Shown: in pieces, positions 1-12,874 of the stretch | Numbering within the stretch: the first letter of the stretch is position 1 | Layout: each line of letters starts with the position of its first letter | Assembly (NCBI RefSeq): GCF_018350175.1 | Contig: NC_058382.1 | Location: 49,354,001 to 49,418,000 of the forward strand | Origin: Felis catus | Taxonomy: Eukaryota | Length of the DNA stretch: 64,000 nucleotides | Reading direction: 5' to 3' | Notes under the pieces: generated by a model | Database searches by the model: none | Told to the model about the DNA's origin: nothing | What the model saw: only the letters and a program-made list of their open reading frames with translations | Program-made: the position numbers and the translations under genes

Positions 1-211
1 ATTAAAAACAGAACGCAAAATCATATATATAGAATGACCCCCCCCCCCCATATACACACACAGACATATACAGATTGGGAAAAAATGTTCTGGAATATTA
101 ACAGACATTGTTTCTAGGTGGAGGTTCAGTGGTGATTATTTTCTTCTCTAATACTTTTTGTTTTTCTTCACTGGGCAGGTATCACTTTTATAATCCAGAA
201 AATTAAGATAA

Positions 212-346
212 TTTTTATGTATTTACTTAAATAGGCTTCATGCCCAGCATGGAGCCAATGCAGGGATTGAACTCACAACCCCGAGATGAAGACCTGAAGT
301 GAGATCAAGAGTCGGGTGCTTAATTGACCGAGCCACCCAGGCACCC
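212..346 (-). mobile_element. Can-SINE (short, older)
   Basis: Reverse tRNA-like head gagccacccaggcaccc; TSD agaaaa(t/c)taagat(a/g)atttt. Confidence 0.85.
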
Positions 347-855
347 TCAAGAAAACTAAGATGATTTTTAAAAAGAAATTGCAAAAATCCGTAAACCACA
401 AATACACTTATTCATTAAATAGGTCTTTATGGCCAGCCAGAATCAGTCTCATCTTTATTTCTCCACGTTGAAAGCAGTGCATTGGAAGAGGTGGATAAGA
501 GAAGTGGCAGATGACGGGGGCAAGCAGGGGGGGAGGGGGGGAGGGTGCCATGAAGGACAAAGGATGAGGGTTGGGCTTACGGGGTGAGCACAAAGAAGTC
601 CCACTGTCAGTTTCGCAAAGTTCTACGTTGAAAAGCAACCCAGCAAGGCACACAGGCATACCGGAAACTGGCCTGTTCAAACATGAAAGCCCAGGCCTTG
701 CTGACTACAGCATCCCCATCATAAGAAATTGGAAGAGAAATGAGAAACAAGGAAAAAGTGGAGCATATCCATCAACCGAAGTTTACACATCAACGACTCA
801 CACACAGCTTCAGAGCACTAGAAATCCAGCGTGGCCAAGTCAGCTCCATACCAAC

Positions 856-928
856 CTATGTTCCAGCCACCAGTGTTGAGCCCTGGGTCCGACATGCTGG
901 AGCAGGAGCCCGAGGAAGTAAAGCTAGG
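856..928 (-). CDS. WDR59: WDR59 exon 23 (73 nt)
   Basis: cag|PSFTSSGSCSSMSDPGLNTGGWNI|gttgg; 95-nt upstream intron. Confidence 0.96.
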
Positions 929-1023
929 CTGAAGGACAGACAGGCGCGGCGTCAGAACACGCTGCCCTGTGAATGCTTCCCTCTCGGAGAAGTCAGACAC
1001 AGAGCAGAAGGCCACAAGCTTAC

Positions 1024-1174
1024 ATATCGGCTGTGGGACACCACGAGGTTAGAGGACCGGCCGGGAAAGGGTCCGAAGGGGTTTGGTATTCCCTGAGGCC
1101 GAGACTGGGCTTCAAACACACTGCACAGCATGGCCAGTGTCTGGACGTCCCGGAGTCGGCAGTAATGAGCCAAC
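1024..1174 (-). CDS. WDR59: WDR59 exon 22 (151 nt)
   Basis: cag|LAHYCRLRDVQTLAMLCSVFEAQSRPQGIPNPFGPFPGRSSNLVVSHSRY|gtaag. Confidence 0.97.
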
Positions 1175-2530
1175 CTGGAGGAAGATGACAGAAAAAAAGT
1201 CAAGAGAAGAGACAGAGGAAGGGTAACTGTCACAGTTTATGGCAGGTTGCTGCCATAGGGATGAGAGGAAAGGTTCTTAATTCTGCCTCACAAACCCCTG
1301 TCGGGAACCAGGGTTTTCTACAGATCTAGCTGATTAGAATCTGGCTAAATTTGTTTTGGAAAAGAATATATCCAAGTATTACAAATGACCCGGGTAACCC
1401 ATTCAAAAGTTTCTGGTTGGCATCCAGGCATGGCTCAGACTTGAATGTAGCTTCTCCAAGAACTAAGGGGACTAAACTAACATCTGAATGAGGCCATGCA
1501 TGTGCTCTCAGTCTCTCCAACTCCAAGAAGAATCCCACTGCTTTCTGGGGGTCTCTACACACTTCACTCGTGGAACCAAAAGCTGTGTGAAGGTGCTCAG
1601 AACACTGTACAACCACCACTGTATGGAGAGCTGGCGACAGACTCAAAGGTGGAATTATGAGCATGAGCTATTAAATAAGAACAACAAGGAATATTTTTAC
1701 CTTTTAGGTACTCACATCCTCTTTGCTCCTTTTAGGACTACTATGCTAGGATGTGAGGTAGGGATCGGGGCAACGTGGCCTTTGTGATAGAATGATATTG
1801 ATACTTTCCTACCAAGTAATGTCTAACGTTTCTTAAGGTGTTTTCACACTATCTTATTTGAGCCTTCTGTGATGTGGACAGAACAACTGTTATCATCCCT
1901 ACATGACCATGAGGCAACTGAAGCTTGAGGACAGGTCTGAGGTCTGGCCTCAACAAGTAAGTAAAGAAATCCTCCACCTGAGGAATTAGAGCTTCTCTGT
2001 CTTTCTATCCAGACCTGAGCCAAACTGTTATGAAGGTTCAAGTGGTTTTATCTGGTAAATCATTTTGCACATTGTATTTCCAGCTTGCCACATCCCAATG
2101 CAACTATCAAACACAAATTCAGTGTTGCCATAAATTGCCTAATAGGGTGAAAACATCATTGCCCTTGGAAAATGTGTAAGCCAATGTGGCATTAGAGTCT
2201 CCGCTCTTGGGGACAAAGCTCTACAGCACCCCAAGATATTTACCATCTGAAGAGTTCAAATTCTTCTATTCAGACTGATGTTACTTATAGACTAAAGCAT
2301 AAATCTCTAAAGGACGCATGAGTCTCCAATCTTTGTCGTAAATGACAAAAACTGTATAGTTCCTTCTGTTATAAGAAGTTAGTTCTGCACAGAAATTATT
2401 ATAGCACTAACGGGAAAGATCTCACTTCTTCCTCCCGTTCTTCAGACTTCTTCGATGATAACACTGAAAAGTGTGTACAGACCTAAAATTTACATCACTC
2501 GTTTCCTCCCTTTTAGCTCTCTAAACCTAC

Positions 2531-2643
2531 AAGGATTCCAGCAGCTGTCGCCCGAATGGATGTCGAGCCCAGGGCGTTTCCAAATCTGGGTCAGACTTCG
2601 GGCCAAGGCAAAGATCTGTAGCGACTGTAGCCAGCGACCAAAC
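2531..2643 (-). CDS. WDR59: WDR59 exon 21 (113 nt)
   Basis: cag|VWSLATVATDLCLGPKSDPDLETPWARHPFGRQLLES|gtagg. Confidence 0.97.
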
Positions 2644-2867
2644 CTGGACAGATCAAAGAGAAACATTCAAAGTCAGACTGGGGACGAGAGGACCAGGAAG
2701 CATGAAAGAACCCCACCTATCCTAAAGCCTTGCTGCTCTGAGGGCAGTAAAACCTGGGAATATCAGGCCCCATTCCAGACATACTGACTCAAAATTCACA
2801 TTTTAACAAGATGCTCAGGGGACTGCACCGCTCAAGAAACACTAGTCTTAAAAACTTCTATAAAGCA

Positions 2868-3110
2868 GGATCACCTGAGTGGCCCAGTCAGTTAAGTCAG
2901 ACACTTGATTTCAGCTCAGGTCTTGATCTCATGGTTTGTGAGTGTTCCTGAGTGTTTGTGAATTTGGGCCCCACGTCAGGCTCAGTGCTGCCAGCTTGGA
3001 GCCTGCTTGGGATTCTCTGGCTCCCTCGCTCTCTGCCCCTCCCCCACTCGTGCACAAGCACACGCACATGCTCTCTCTCTCTCTCAAAAATAAATAAATA
3101 AACAAATATT
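2868..3110 (+). mobile_element. Can-SINE
   Basis: tRNA-derived head, (CT)n, aaataaataa tail. Confidence 0.9.
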
Positions 3111-3726
3111 TTAAAAGCCTTTTATTAAGTATACTTCAGAGGAATGACACTGTGCATTAACTTCAATGGGTTGTCTATTTAACCACGAACTCATGTGACT
3201 TCTGCTGCTGTTTCATTAGTGAACAGGCAGAGGTGAAAAAATAGAATTCTGTATCACACTGCAGATCTGTCCTTTGCCCAAGTAACAGGAAGCTATGTTG
3301 CTTTCATTACAAAAGTTTCAGTATACTCACAAAGCTAAAGAAAAAGAGGCCAGGACAAAATAGACTTGGTTGTCTTTTTGTTGACATCAAATCTGAGGAA
3401 CATCACCAAACCTGAAATCTCACAGGGCTTGGGGTCATCAAGCTGAAACGAATGTCCATTAAGTGTCTATTAAATCCAAGATTTAGCACATGCTTAATAT
3501 TAAGAGCCTCCTTAAGAGGAATACTACTTTTGGGAAATCTTTCTTCTTAGTAGCAATACATCATTGTACGACCAGGGACTGGAAAACCCTGTATTAGACT
3601 CTGAGAAACCTGAAAGGAAGGAAATTTAGACTTTAATCAAAGAGTCTATAAGAAAAAAGAAGCAAATAAAAATCCTGGAAAACAGGTAGAGAAATACATC
3701 AGCTACGTAATAAAGCAATTAAATTA

Positions 3727-4309
<583 letters not shown>

Positions 4310-5208
4310 GTGGTACCAGTGTACTTAATGCACACAAGTACTGATTCAGGCAAGAAACCTGAGGTTGGTTAAGCATCTGACTTTGGCTCAAGTCGAGGAA
4401 ATTGAGGCTCAGAAAGATTAGGTGGCTACCCCGGATCACACAACAAAAAAATTGAGAGCCTAGGTTTAAACCCGGGTCTATCTGAACCTAAGGGAAGGGT
4501 CTTTCAAGTTCACGCAGACTAGCCTGACCTTCCAAATCAACTCCCAGAAAAATACTGAAAACTTCCACAAAATAAAACAAAACAAAAATACCTTAGGAAG
4601 TAGTTTTTTCGCAGAGAATGATTTTTCACAACACGAACCGTGAGTGTGCCTTAGGACTGACTGCAACTGCTAACCTCACCGATCCTATGATGCAATTAAC
4701 CTTCCGGTTTTCATTTTACAAAGACACACAGAGGCTGAGCGAGTCCGAAATACTTTACCCAGGGCTATCCCATGAGGAGCAGAGTTGGACCTTCACCTCC
4801 CGGGATAAATTCCACAATGTTTCTACTACTTTCTTGTGCCTTTTTAGTGTACACAGACCCTGAGATGGCTAAGTCCTTAGAGAAGCAGATTCAATCTAGG
4901 ACCCTCAACCTCACTTAAAAGGGTTTGGGGGGTGGAGACCGGACAGTGTTTATGAGAAGACAAAAGGAAATCTTAAGGATTTTTTAATCAGATAAAAATC
5001 ATGGGAAGGCCTTAGCTCTGGACCAGTGGGAGAGTTATGAGGGAAAAACTGAGCTGAGAGGGGTTTCACTGCCCAATCACACGCTCACACTACAGAATAA
5101 AGGGCACAGGAGAGACAGAGCGGACTAGTGGTTGCCCAGGCCTGGGTGGGGAAGAGGGGACTGACAGGAGACAGCCAAGTAGGGTGGTTTATGGCAGTGT
5201 TCTAGTTC

Positions 5209-5416
5209 TTTTTTTTTTTCAAAATTTTTTCTTTAATGTTTATTTTTGAGAGAGAGAAAGTGGGGGAGGGGCAGAGAAAGGAGGACAGAGGATTTGAAGT
5301 GGGTTCTGTGCTGACAGCAAAGAGCCCCCCCGATATGGGGCTCAAACTCAAGAAACCATGAGATCGTGACCTGAGCCAAAGTCGGACCTTAACCGACTAA
5401 GCCACCCAGGCGCCCC
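5209..5416 (-). mobile_element. Can-SINE
   Basis: Reverse head ...gccacccaggcgcccc; TSD ta(t/c)ggcagtgttcta. Confidence 0.92.
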
Positions 5417-6061
5417 TACGGCAGTGTTCTAAAACCCTTGTGATCATGGTTGCAAAACTGTGAATATACTAAAAGCCACTGAACGGTACGTTTTAAATGA
5501 GTGAATCACATGATACATGGACTATATCTCGATAAAGCTATTAAGAAAAATAGGAGCAGCTCGCTTTAATATACTGATGTGTTCCTGCAAGGATGAAGGG
5601 AATTAACATTTTTGCTCGATTACATCATATTTTATTTTACGTCGTATTTTAAAACGGAAACATGTTTCCACCTAAAGGAATGCTTTGGTAAACTTTTTAT
5701 GAAACAAAGCATTTTTAAAAGTATAAAAACCTCAACAAAACGGAATTAAGGGCGCAAATGGCAAGGGTATAGATACCCACATTTAGATGTGTAACAATCA
5801 CCATGGTACCAGAACAGAAAAGAAATGTAATAAAAAATTCTCAGTATGTGAGCTTTAGGATCTTCTCAACTAAGCACTAATGAGAAAAATACCCAAAGGA
5901 TTTAAAAAGCTGCTCTTGCCCTGATGTTTATCAAAGAAAATGGGAGAGGGATTACAAAACAGGAGGCCCCGCTTGAAATGTCATTAAACCACAACCATAC
6001 AGTGACAACAACCTGCTCAAAAAGGAAAATCCAGATTGCCATCAGAAAGGATGCACAATAC

Positions 6062-6143
6062 CTGGACAAGGTCCTTCCTTCCCACGAGCAAGGCCGAAGT
6101 GGCATTCTTCTGACACGTTTCTTGAATATCATTCACATTCAAT
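6062..6143 (-). CDS. WDR59: WDR59 exon 20 (82 nt)
   Basis: cag|LNVNDIQETCQKNATSALLVGRKDLVQ|gtatt. Confidence 0.97.
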
Positions 6144-6499
6144 CTGAAATTTAAAAAAAGAGTTAAGAAGTTTTTTTTTAGTCTAACTTCCTGAACCAAT
6201 TACCCCTGGACTAACAGACAGACAAAAAGGTGCCTCTTTAGTTGTCACCCAAAATGTCTTATCTGTGTGGGCCTTCCGCTTCTGCCTTGCTACACGATAT
6301 GGAGAAAAAGCTTACCTACAGCTCATATGAGGCCGTGGGTTCCCGCCTGGGGAAGGTGAAATTGCTCGCCTCTCTAAAGTCAGGACAGGAGGACAGCCTC
6401 AAATGTCAATTTGGCAACCAGCCCTTCTGTGGATTTCCCCAGGCTTGAGGGTTGAATAAAAATGGATTTAAATACGTGTAACACCGAGGTTTCTAACAC

Positions 6500-7164
6500 A
6501 AAGGGTGGTGTGCTGTGTATATGTTACAAAATAAACACTTTTTGCTATGTATGCAGGTTCGAGAAAAAGGGCGGCCACAGGCCAGCCTCTGTATGCCTGC
6601 TACTAGCCTCCCAACTCTCTTCAAGCAAAATGGCTCTGCTTTTAACTGGTTTCCATACTGGCACAGAAAGCAGAATTCTGAGACCGTTCCCAAGATTTCG
6701 GCCTCCTGCTCTACACATCTTCTATAATATCCTGTGCCTTTAATCGTGGGTGAGACCAGTGAATGTTGATGGGCTATGACACCCAAGATTAGGTTATTAA
6801 TCAGTCCACTTTGAATGCGTCAAAAGGGAGATTATCTTAGGTGGGCCTGACCTAATCAGGTGAGACCTTAGAAAGAAGGTGAGGCGTCCTCTCCTGGTCT
6901 CAGAGAAGATGAAAACCATCAAGTTCTACGGCTTCAAGGAACTGAATTCTGCTAACCACCTGAACGAACTTGGAAGAGGACTCTGAACATTGGATAAGAC
7001 CACCACCTGGCCACCTCCAGATTTCAGCCTGGTGAGATCTGAGCAAGGACCTAGCTAGGCCATGCTCAGACTCCTGACCCATAGAAACTGAGACAATAAA
7101 TGTATGTTGTTTGAAGCCGCTAAGTTTCTGGTACCTCCTTATGCAGCAATAGAAAGCTGGTACA
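6500..7164 (+). mobile_element. MLT1-type (ERVL-MaLR) LTR, approximate bounds
   Basis: gggagattatc...gggcctgacctaatcagg, aaggaactgaattctgc, aataaatg...aagccgctaagttt...gcagcaatagaaa MLT1 hallmarks. Confidence 0.8.
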
Positions 7165-7270
7165 CCGGTCTTCTAAAACTGCTTTTGAAGAAAGCGTTCC
7201 GATACTTAAAAACAAGCAAACGAACACAACTTTGATTGTGATGACTGTGTGATAAGCAGCGCGCACTTAC

Positions 7271-7404
7271 ATGTACAGTTCTCCCAGTGACTTGTGAACA
7301 GGAAGAAGGCACGCAGTGTCCTGGATGATAACCTTCCCAGCAGCCTTGATGGGTCGATTGCCGGAGTCCGATCCCTCACGCTTGCTTTTCCATCTCCTGG
7401 ATTT
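7271..7404 (-). CDS. WDR59: WDR59 exon 19 (134 nt)
   Basis: cag|KSRRWKSKREGSDSGNRPIKAAGKVIIQDTACLLPVHKSLGELY|gtaagt. Confidence 0.97.
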
Positions 7405-7675
7405 CTGGGGGAGATGACGAGATATAACTAATAGGGACTTGGACGAATGGAAACCTACGGTTGCAGAGCACATCAGAGTTGGGTCATTGGTTATTTGCAG
7501 AGGCTTTGCATTACATCATGCCCACAATTATATGAATCAGCATCTGTAGGAAATAAAAGGATGGCAAAGGGCACTGAGCTCTTGGTCCAAAATCCTAACG
7601 GGAAAATAAGCACCCTACCGCAATGCTACATACATTCTGCAGGTGCCCCAAAACAGACGCCTTGAATTTAGAATT

Positions 7676-7713
7676 AAAAAAACAAACAAACAAAAAAAAC
7701 CCCCAAAAAACAA

Positions 7714-7746
<33 letters not shown>

Positions 7747-7772
7747 GAGAAAGAAAGAAAGAACGAACGAAC
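7676..7772 (+). repeat. A-rich/(GAAA)n microsatellite
   Basis: aaac and gaaa tandem units. Confidence 0.9.
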
Positions 7773-10700
7773 AGCAGGTAAATAAGTTAGTAAAGACCAC
7801 AAAAATGTGGGGGAAGAGCAACTTTCAAGGTTGGGATCAGCCTTAGATTCAAAGTTCTTGCTTGAAACTAACCAAAGGTTTTCTTCTTCTCAGACAGCTT
7901 TAACAGGATTTGCTGAGAATGTAATTCACACACAGCGGTGTGGGCTCTGCAAACCTTAATCTGTGGCAGGCAGACAGAGAAACATAGCAGCTCAAGAGAA
8001 TTACCAGGTTTTTCCTAGCAGATTTGAATTATTTCTAAAAGTGATCATTTTAGAATGTCAAAAATAGCTGAGCAGAGGGACCTGGGTAATGGATGTGGAT
8101 GATCATGAGCAACTGTCCTGTCTCCCCAGAGCCTCACCTACAAAGGAGCCTGCATGTGGGAAGCGAGAGATGTCCTGGAAAAGGAGAATTATCAGTGTAG
8201 CCTCATCTGGTACATTCAAAATGACAACCAGCCAAGGGACAAATATTCTATTTTATTTTATTGCTGAAGTTAAAAAAGGGGGCCACCAGAGTGGCTCAAC
8301 TCAGGGGGGAAGTGACATACTTATTAATTAACAAAGTTGCTAGCGAAAGAGTCTGCAAACTGGAGTCAGAAAACCAAGGTGTGCTGGTCTTATTACGGCA
8401 CGGCTGGCTCACCGTGACCCTGGCTGAGCTACTCACTGGCTGTGAGTTTAGTCTCATGTCGCTCTCTGTGCTCACTGGTAACTGTCTTAGGATGAGCTCC
8501 GTTCCAATCTTGCAAGATTAATAAGGGCACAATGAAAAGGTGAGAGTGCGCACTGAAAACGTGCAATTAAAAAATACGCAATGATTATGAACGTCTATAA
8601 GCCCACAGGAATTTAGATTAAATCATTACTTAGATTACTCACAAATAATTCATTTTCCACAAGTGATTTTTATACAATCACTCTTCCATTCCTGAGTCAC
8701 GGTCTGCATTTAGTTGCTTCTGACCAGTGATGTCTCCGCGAATCCCCAAAGGTGCCCAATGCAGGTAACTTCCTATTGGCTCAGTAAGCGTACGGAACCT
8801 CTTAGATCCAGGACACCTGGACTTGGTTCACGGCAGGTAAACGAAGTTTAGCTGAAGTCTCTGAATTATTTATCAAAATTTGTAAATATATATGGCTACA
8901 TTATCAATTTGGGACCTTAAGCCATTTGATCGTTGGAAGTAATTTAGTTACCATGTGTTCTTTATTCGTACACATTGCTATTACCAATCCATCAGGAAGC
9001 CTCATCGATTACTGCATAGCAGCCCTTCAGTTCTCTACCAGCCCTGGCTATTTTCTAAAGAATTATGTATATATTCATGAAAACACTAGTCTTTTAGCCA
9101 CAAATAACATGATGTGGATGCAAGTAAGGGGAGAAGGTGCTAAAGAGCAAACAACCTGTCAGCATGGGCTGGAGGCAGGCAGTGTTAACTGACACAAGAC
9201 GGAGGTCGTCACACATGCAGGAGATACTTTGGTGTGACCGGTTTTAGGGAGGGCAATTTCGTGTGCATCTACAGGGCAGTGACGGGAACAGCACAGTGTG
9301 GTTAACTGAACAGGGAGGGTGTAAGTACACAGACTTTTTCATCCAGGTTTCCAGGAGTTTAAAAATCCCAGGAAACAACACCCGAGTAGGTCTCCCATAA
9401 TTGGTCATCTCAGATGAGACCGAGGGGACTGGGTTGAAAAAGTAGGAAAGAAATAAAAGAAAAGACCTACAGTAAGAAGATTCCGCCTGGAATGGAATAT
9501 GATCCACCTCACGGGTTTTCTGGGTTGGGTGGGAGGCTTCTCAAATACTGTTCCAGGCAGGCACTCTGGCTCCTTATTACAAAGAGAAAACGAGCAGCAC
9601 TTGGACAGTTGAGCACTTCCGTGTAGCTCCATTTAACTCAACAGTGGAAATAAAAGGAGGCCTCACGAGGGACGGGGTCTACTAGCTCTCAGACCACACT
9701 GCAAACCTCAATTTCTGGCCTTTTGAAGAGAACCTACTGAAAGCAAAATACTAAGGTCCGTGTGCCCAAACTGGTTCCTCTGCATGCAGCCTAGCTCATT
9801 TAAACATGTTTTTCCTCGCGGACTTGAGTTATTTCTGAAAGCGATCACTTTGGAATGTCAAGAATACTTGAGCACCGGGACCCGGATAATGGACGTGGAA
9901 AATCACGAGCAAGTGTCCTATTTTCCCCACAGCCTTAACTCCAAACGGCTGTGGAGGAGCCAGGACGCGGGCAGTGAGAGATGCCCTTGACACAGTCCAA
10001 GCGTGTAAATGTTTGACACAGGATTGAAAGATGTGTCTGTCATTACGAACATCAGCTGCTGCCTGGGGCCGTTCACCCTCTGCGAGTGCGGGCGTCACAC
10101 GGCTCTCCGGCAGAGCGGGCGTTGCCTCCACCTCACAAACGAGGATGTGAGGCCATGCAGAGCTGGGATTTGAACACAGGCTGTCAGGCTGCTAAGCCCA
10201 TACCTGTTAACTCGTTTTTGAGCACAGGATTTCGGATTAAAAAAGAAAAAAAAAAAAGCCCTAAGCCAAAGCTACCTGTTAATACGTAAGCAGTGTGGTC
10301 CATTTTTAAATGGAATCACTTCTGCATGTGAGGAGATCAACATCTGACTGCAGTGAGGCCTCCCCGACACACAGCCTCTACGATTACTTCTCATTTCACT
10401 TCTCCGCCAAGTACCACGAGCACGTTCCGCGGAGCCAGAGCAGCATGTTGAACACTGGCCGAGACACGCGGAGGCCAAAGCTACTGGCTTCACGCGGAAC
10501 ACACCAGGCTCGGGCCCAGATGCTGTATTTCAGGCCAGGCTCCAGAGCCGCAGCCTCAGTCTGTTTAGTCTCCTTTTGGGATGCGTTAAGGGCGGGCACG
10601 TTCAGAGAGAAGAGAAGTGAGTCCAAAGAGATGCTTTGCCCCTGCCCGTCTGCCGTCCCTGGTTATGGAGACAGGCGGAAACAAACCCATGGGAGTCATC

Positions 10701-12874
10701 AACAAGTACTGGGAGAAAAGGAAAAGACAGTGGTCTTGGACCACTTGCTGCCATTATCCTTCACTGAATTATAGGAATCACAGTCTGTATTTCCTGGAAC
10801 TTCCTTGTCAACTTCTGGAGACACCAGGCTTCTAGGTGTTTCTCTGATGTAGAGATGACGTTTTGTGGAAACTCACGAAGCTGCCTTTGAGCCTGTAACA
10901 GAAGGAGGTTCGCCACCACTGGATCTCCCTCACCAGAGCTCCCACCAAGAATCAAACTGTAAGGCAATTGTGGGACAGCACTACTCAGTCATTGAATCCA
11001 GCAAGGAATAACTGCAAAACATTATCGAAATCTATAAGGGGTCAGAAAAGTTTTGTGTTTTCTATTTATTGGTTGGTGGTTTTTAGGTATGAACTATTTC
11101 CCCTTCAGCCTAGAGGGTCCCTCAGTACTCAGTCTAGTGGCCAAATATTCTGGGGATGCAATTATAACAAGGATGCCTAAATGAAGACATGCTCAGTCTC
11201 AAATAAGAGGCTGGGCCACGGGTCCTTGCTGCTTCCTAACGAGCACGGACAACTTTCCTGCAGCAAGAAAGGGTTCCCATCCCATCTACTCCTCCCCGAG
11301 ACTTCTTCTTCCCTTCCATCTTGCTGGCGATTTTAGGAATCTCTCTTCTGTGCAACTGTCAGCTGATGACACACGAGGCTGACATGTGGCTGAACTTTCC
11401 AGGGGAGGGGAGGGCACTTTGGCACGAAAGCCCCTTAAGCCTCCTGCGCTGCCGCAGTCCCAATCTGACGGGCTTACAGCTGGATACTTTTCTGTGCAAG
11501 GATCGGTACCTCTGGGAGGCCAAGGGCCCTGCACTTCTCTTAGGTCTTCTCAATGCCCCATCAGTAGAAAATGCCCCCTTCCCCACAGATTTCATAAGCA
11601 GGGATTGAGGGAAGAGAGACACAACAAGACAGACAATTATCACATGATGAGCACCGGGATGCTCCTCTGAACATACCAAGAAGGCGTTCATGGGATCATA
11701 GGAAAGAGGACAGGGAGGAAAGGACCGGGGGGAGGGGGGAGGCATTGGTGCGAATAGCACTGAATGACAACCAATATAGCCAGCTTGCGACTGTACCACC
11801 AGTGTTACTGCTACAACCGGAGGCGACATCAATGCCAATAAATGGGTTAAATGTAAAAACAGCCCAAGAATAAGCCACCAACTGCTTCGCAGCAACCCCA
11901 CCAACAATGCATAATCAGCAGAGTGGGCAGTGAGTCAAAATGAGTTCCTATTTCAATAGCAGCAGGAGCAGAGACTTCTGGAAAATCAGTGGAAATTCCA
12001 CAGTCAGGTTGGCTGGGACAGGCTTTTGGAGGAAAGGTGGCCACGTTGGCGGCTCCGCCTCCAAGTTGTCGGCAGCAGTGGCACTTGAGAATCAGGGCTC
12101 CTGATTTCAACTGGTTTTGATATGAAAAGGCTATAGGACTGTTCCCCTAAATATTTTGTAGACCCAGTGAAATTTACACAAAAGCCACAAGGCTGCCCTA
12201 CACAGCCTGAGGCCACCTTGGCACTACTGAAACATGGAGGGGGTGGGAGAGGAAGACAGAAGAGGGGGATGGCCAATAGGAATGAGTAAGAAGGAAAGAA
12301 AAGGAAGAGAGATGTCCACAGCAGAGGTTTTGTTGCAATGCAAAATACTGATGGTAAGGAAAAAATTTGTTCCAGAGAGTTCCCGAAGGATTAAAAACTA
12401 GCTTATGCATCATGCCAATGAAGCAGGTGAGCACTTCCCTCTTTGAACTAGACTAAAACGATAAAAACAGAGAGACAAAATGGTGGAAGCCTCTTATATC
12501 TTCCTCTGCTTCACCCCATGCCAAAGGTAGGCTTTTGAAAGCTCCAGGAAATTATACAAATACTCCAAATGAAATCAGGTGAGCTAAAGGCTTACAGATG
12601 GGGTTCTTTCCAAGAAACCCAGTGTTTGGCTTCATTTTCAAAGAAGTCCATTCACAATCCTTAATGATACCAGTACTCATCCATTTGAAACTGGATGAAA
12701 AAAAGAGGAAGCCCTCGGCACTTGACTCCCAAGAGTGAAAAATTTATTGTGCTGGTCCTGAAAACCAGCCAGCCTGTCATTCAGGTTCCTCAAAGCCAGG
12801 CAGGTGGCACTTTATTCTTGGGCCTTTGGGCAGACAGGATTAGTCAAGGAGAGCATTTGCACAGCGCACAGTAC

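Noticed and set aside
10272..10626. Minus-strand ORFs or a possible exon over the CpG-rich patch
   Set aside because: The acceptor is far from its pyrimidine tract, the donor is weak and there is an in-frame stop; only the hairpin was kept
11359..11907. 182-aa minus-strand ORF with a hydrophobic N-terminus
   Set aside because: Non-ATG start, low-complexity content, no recognisable family; its frame is incompatible with the phase-0 flanking WDR59 exons
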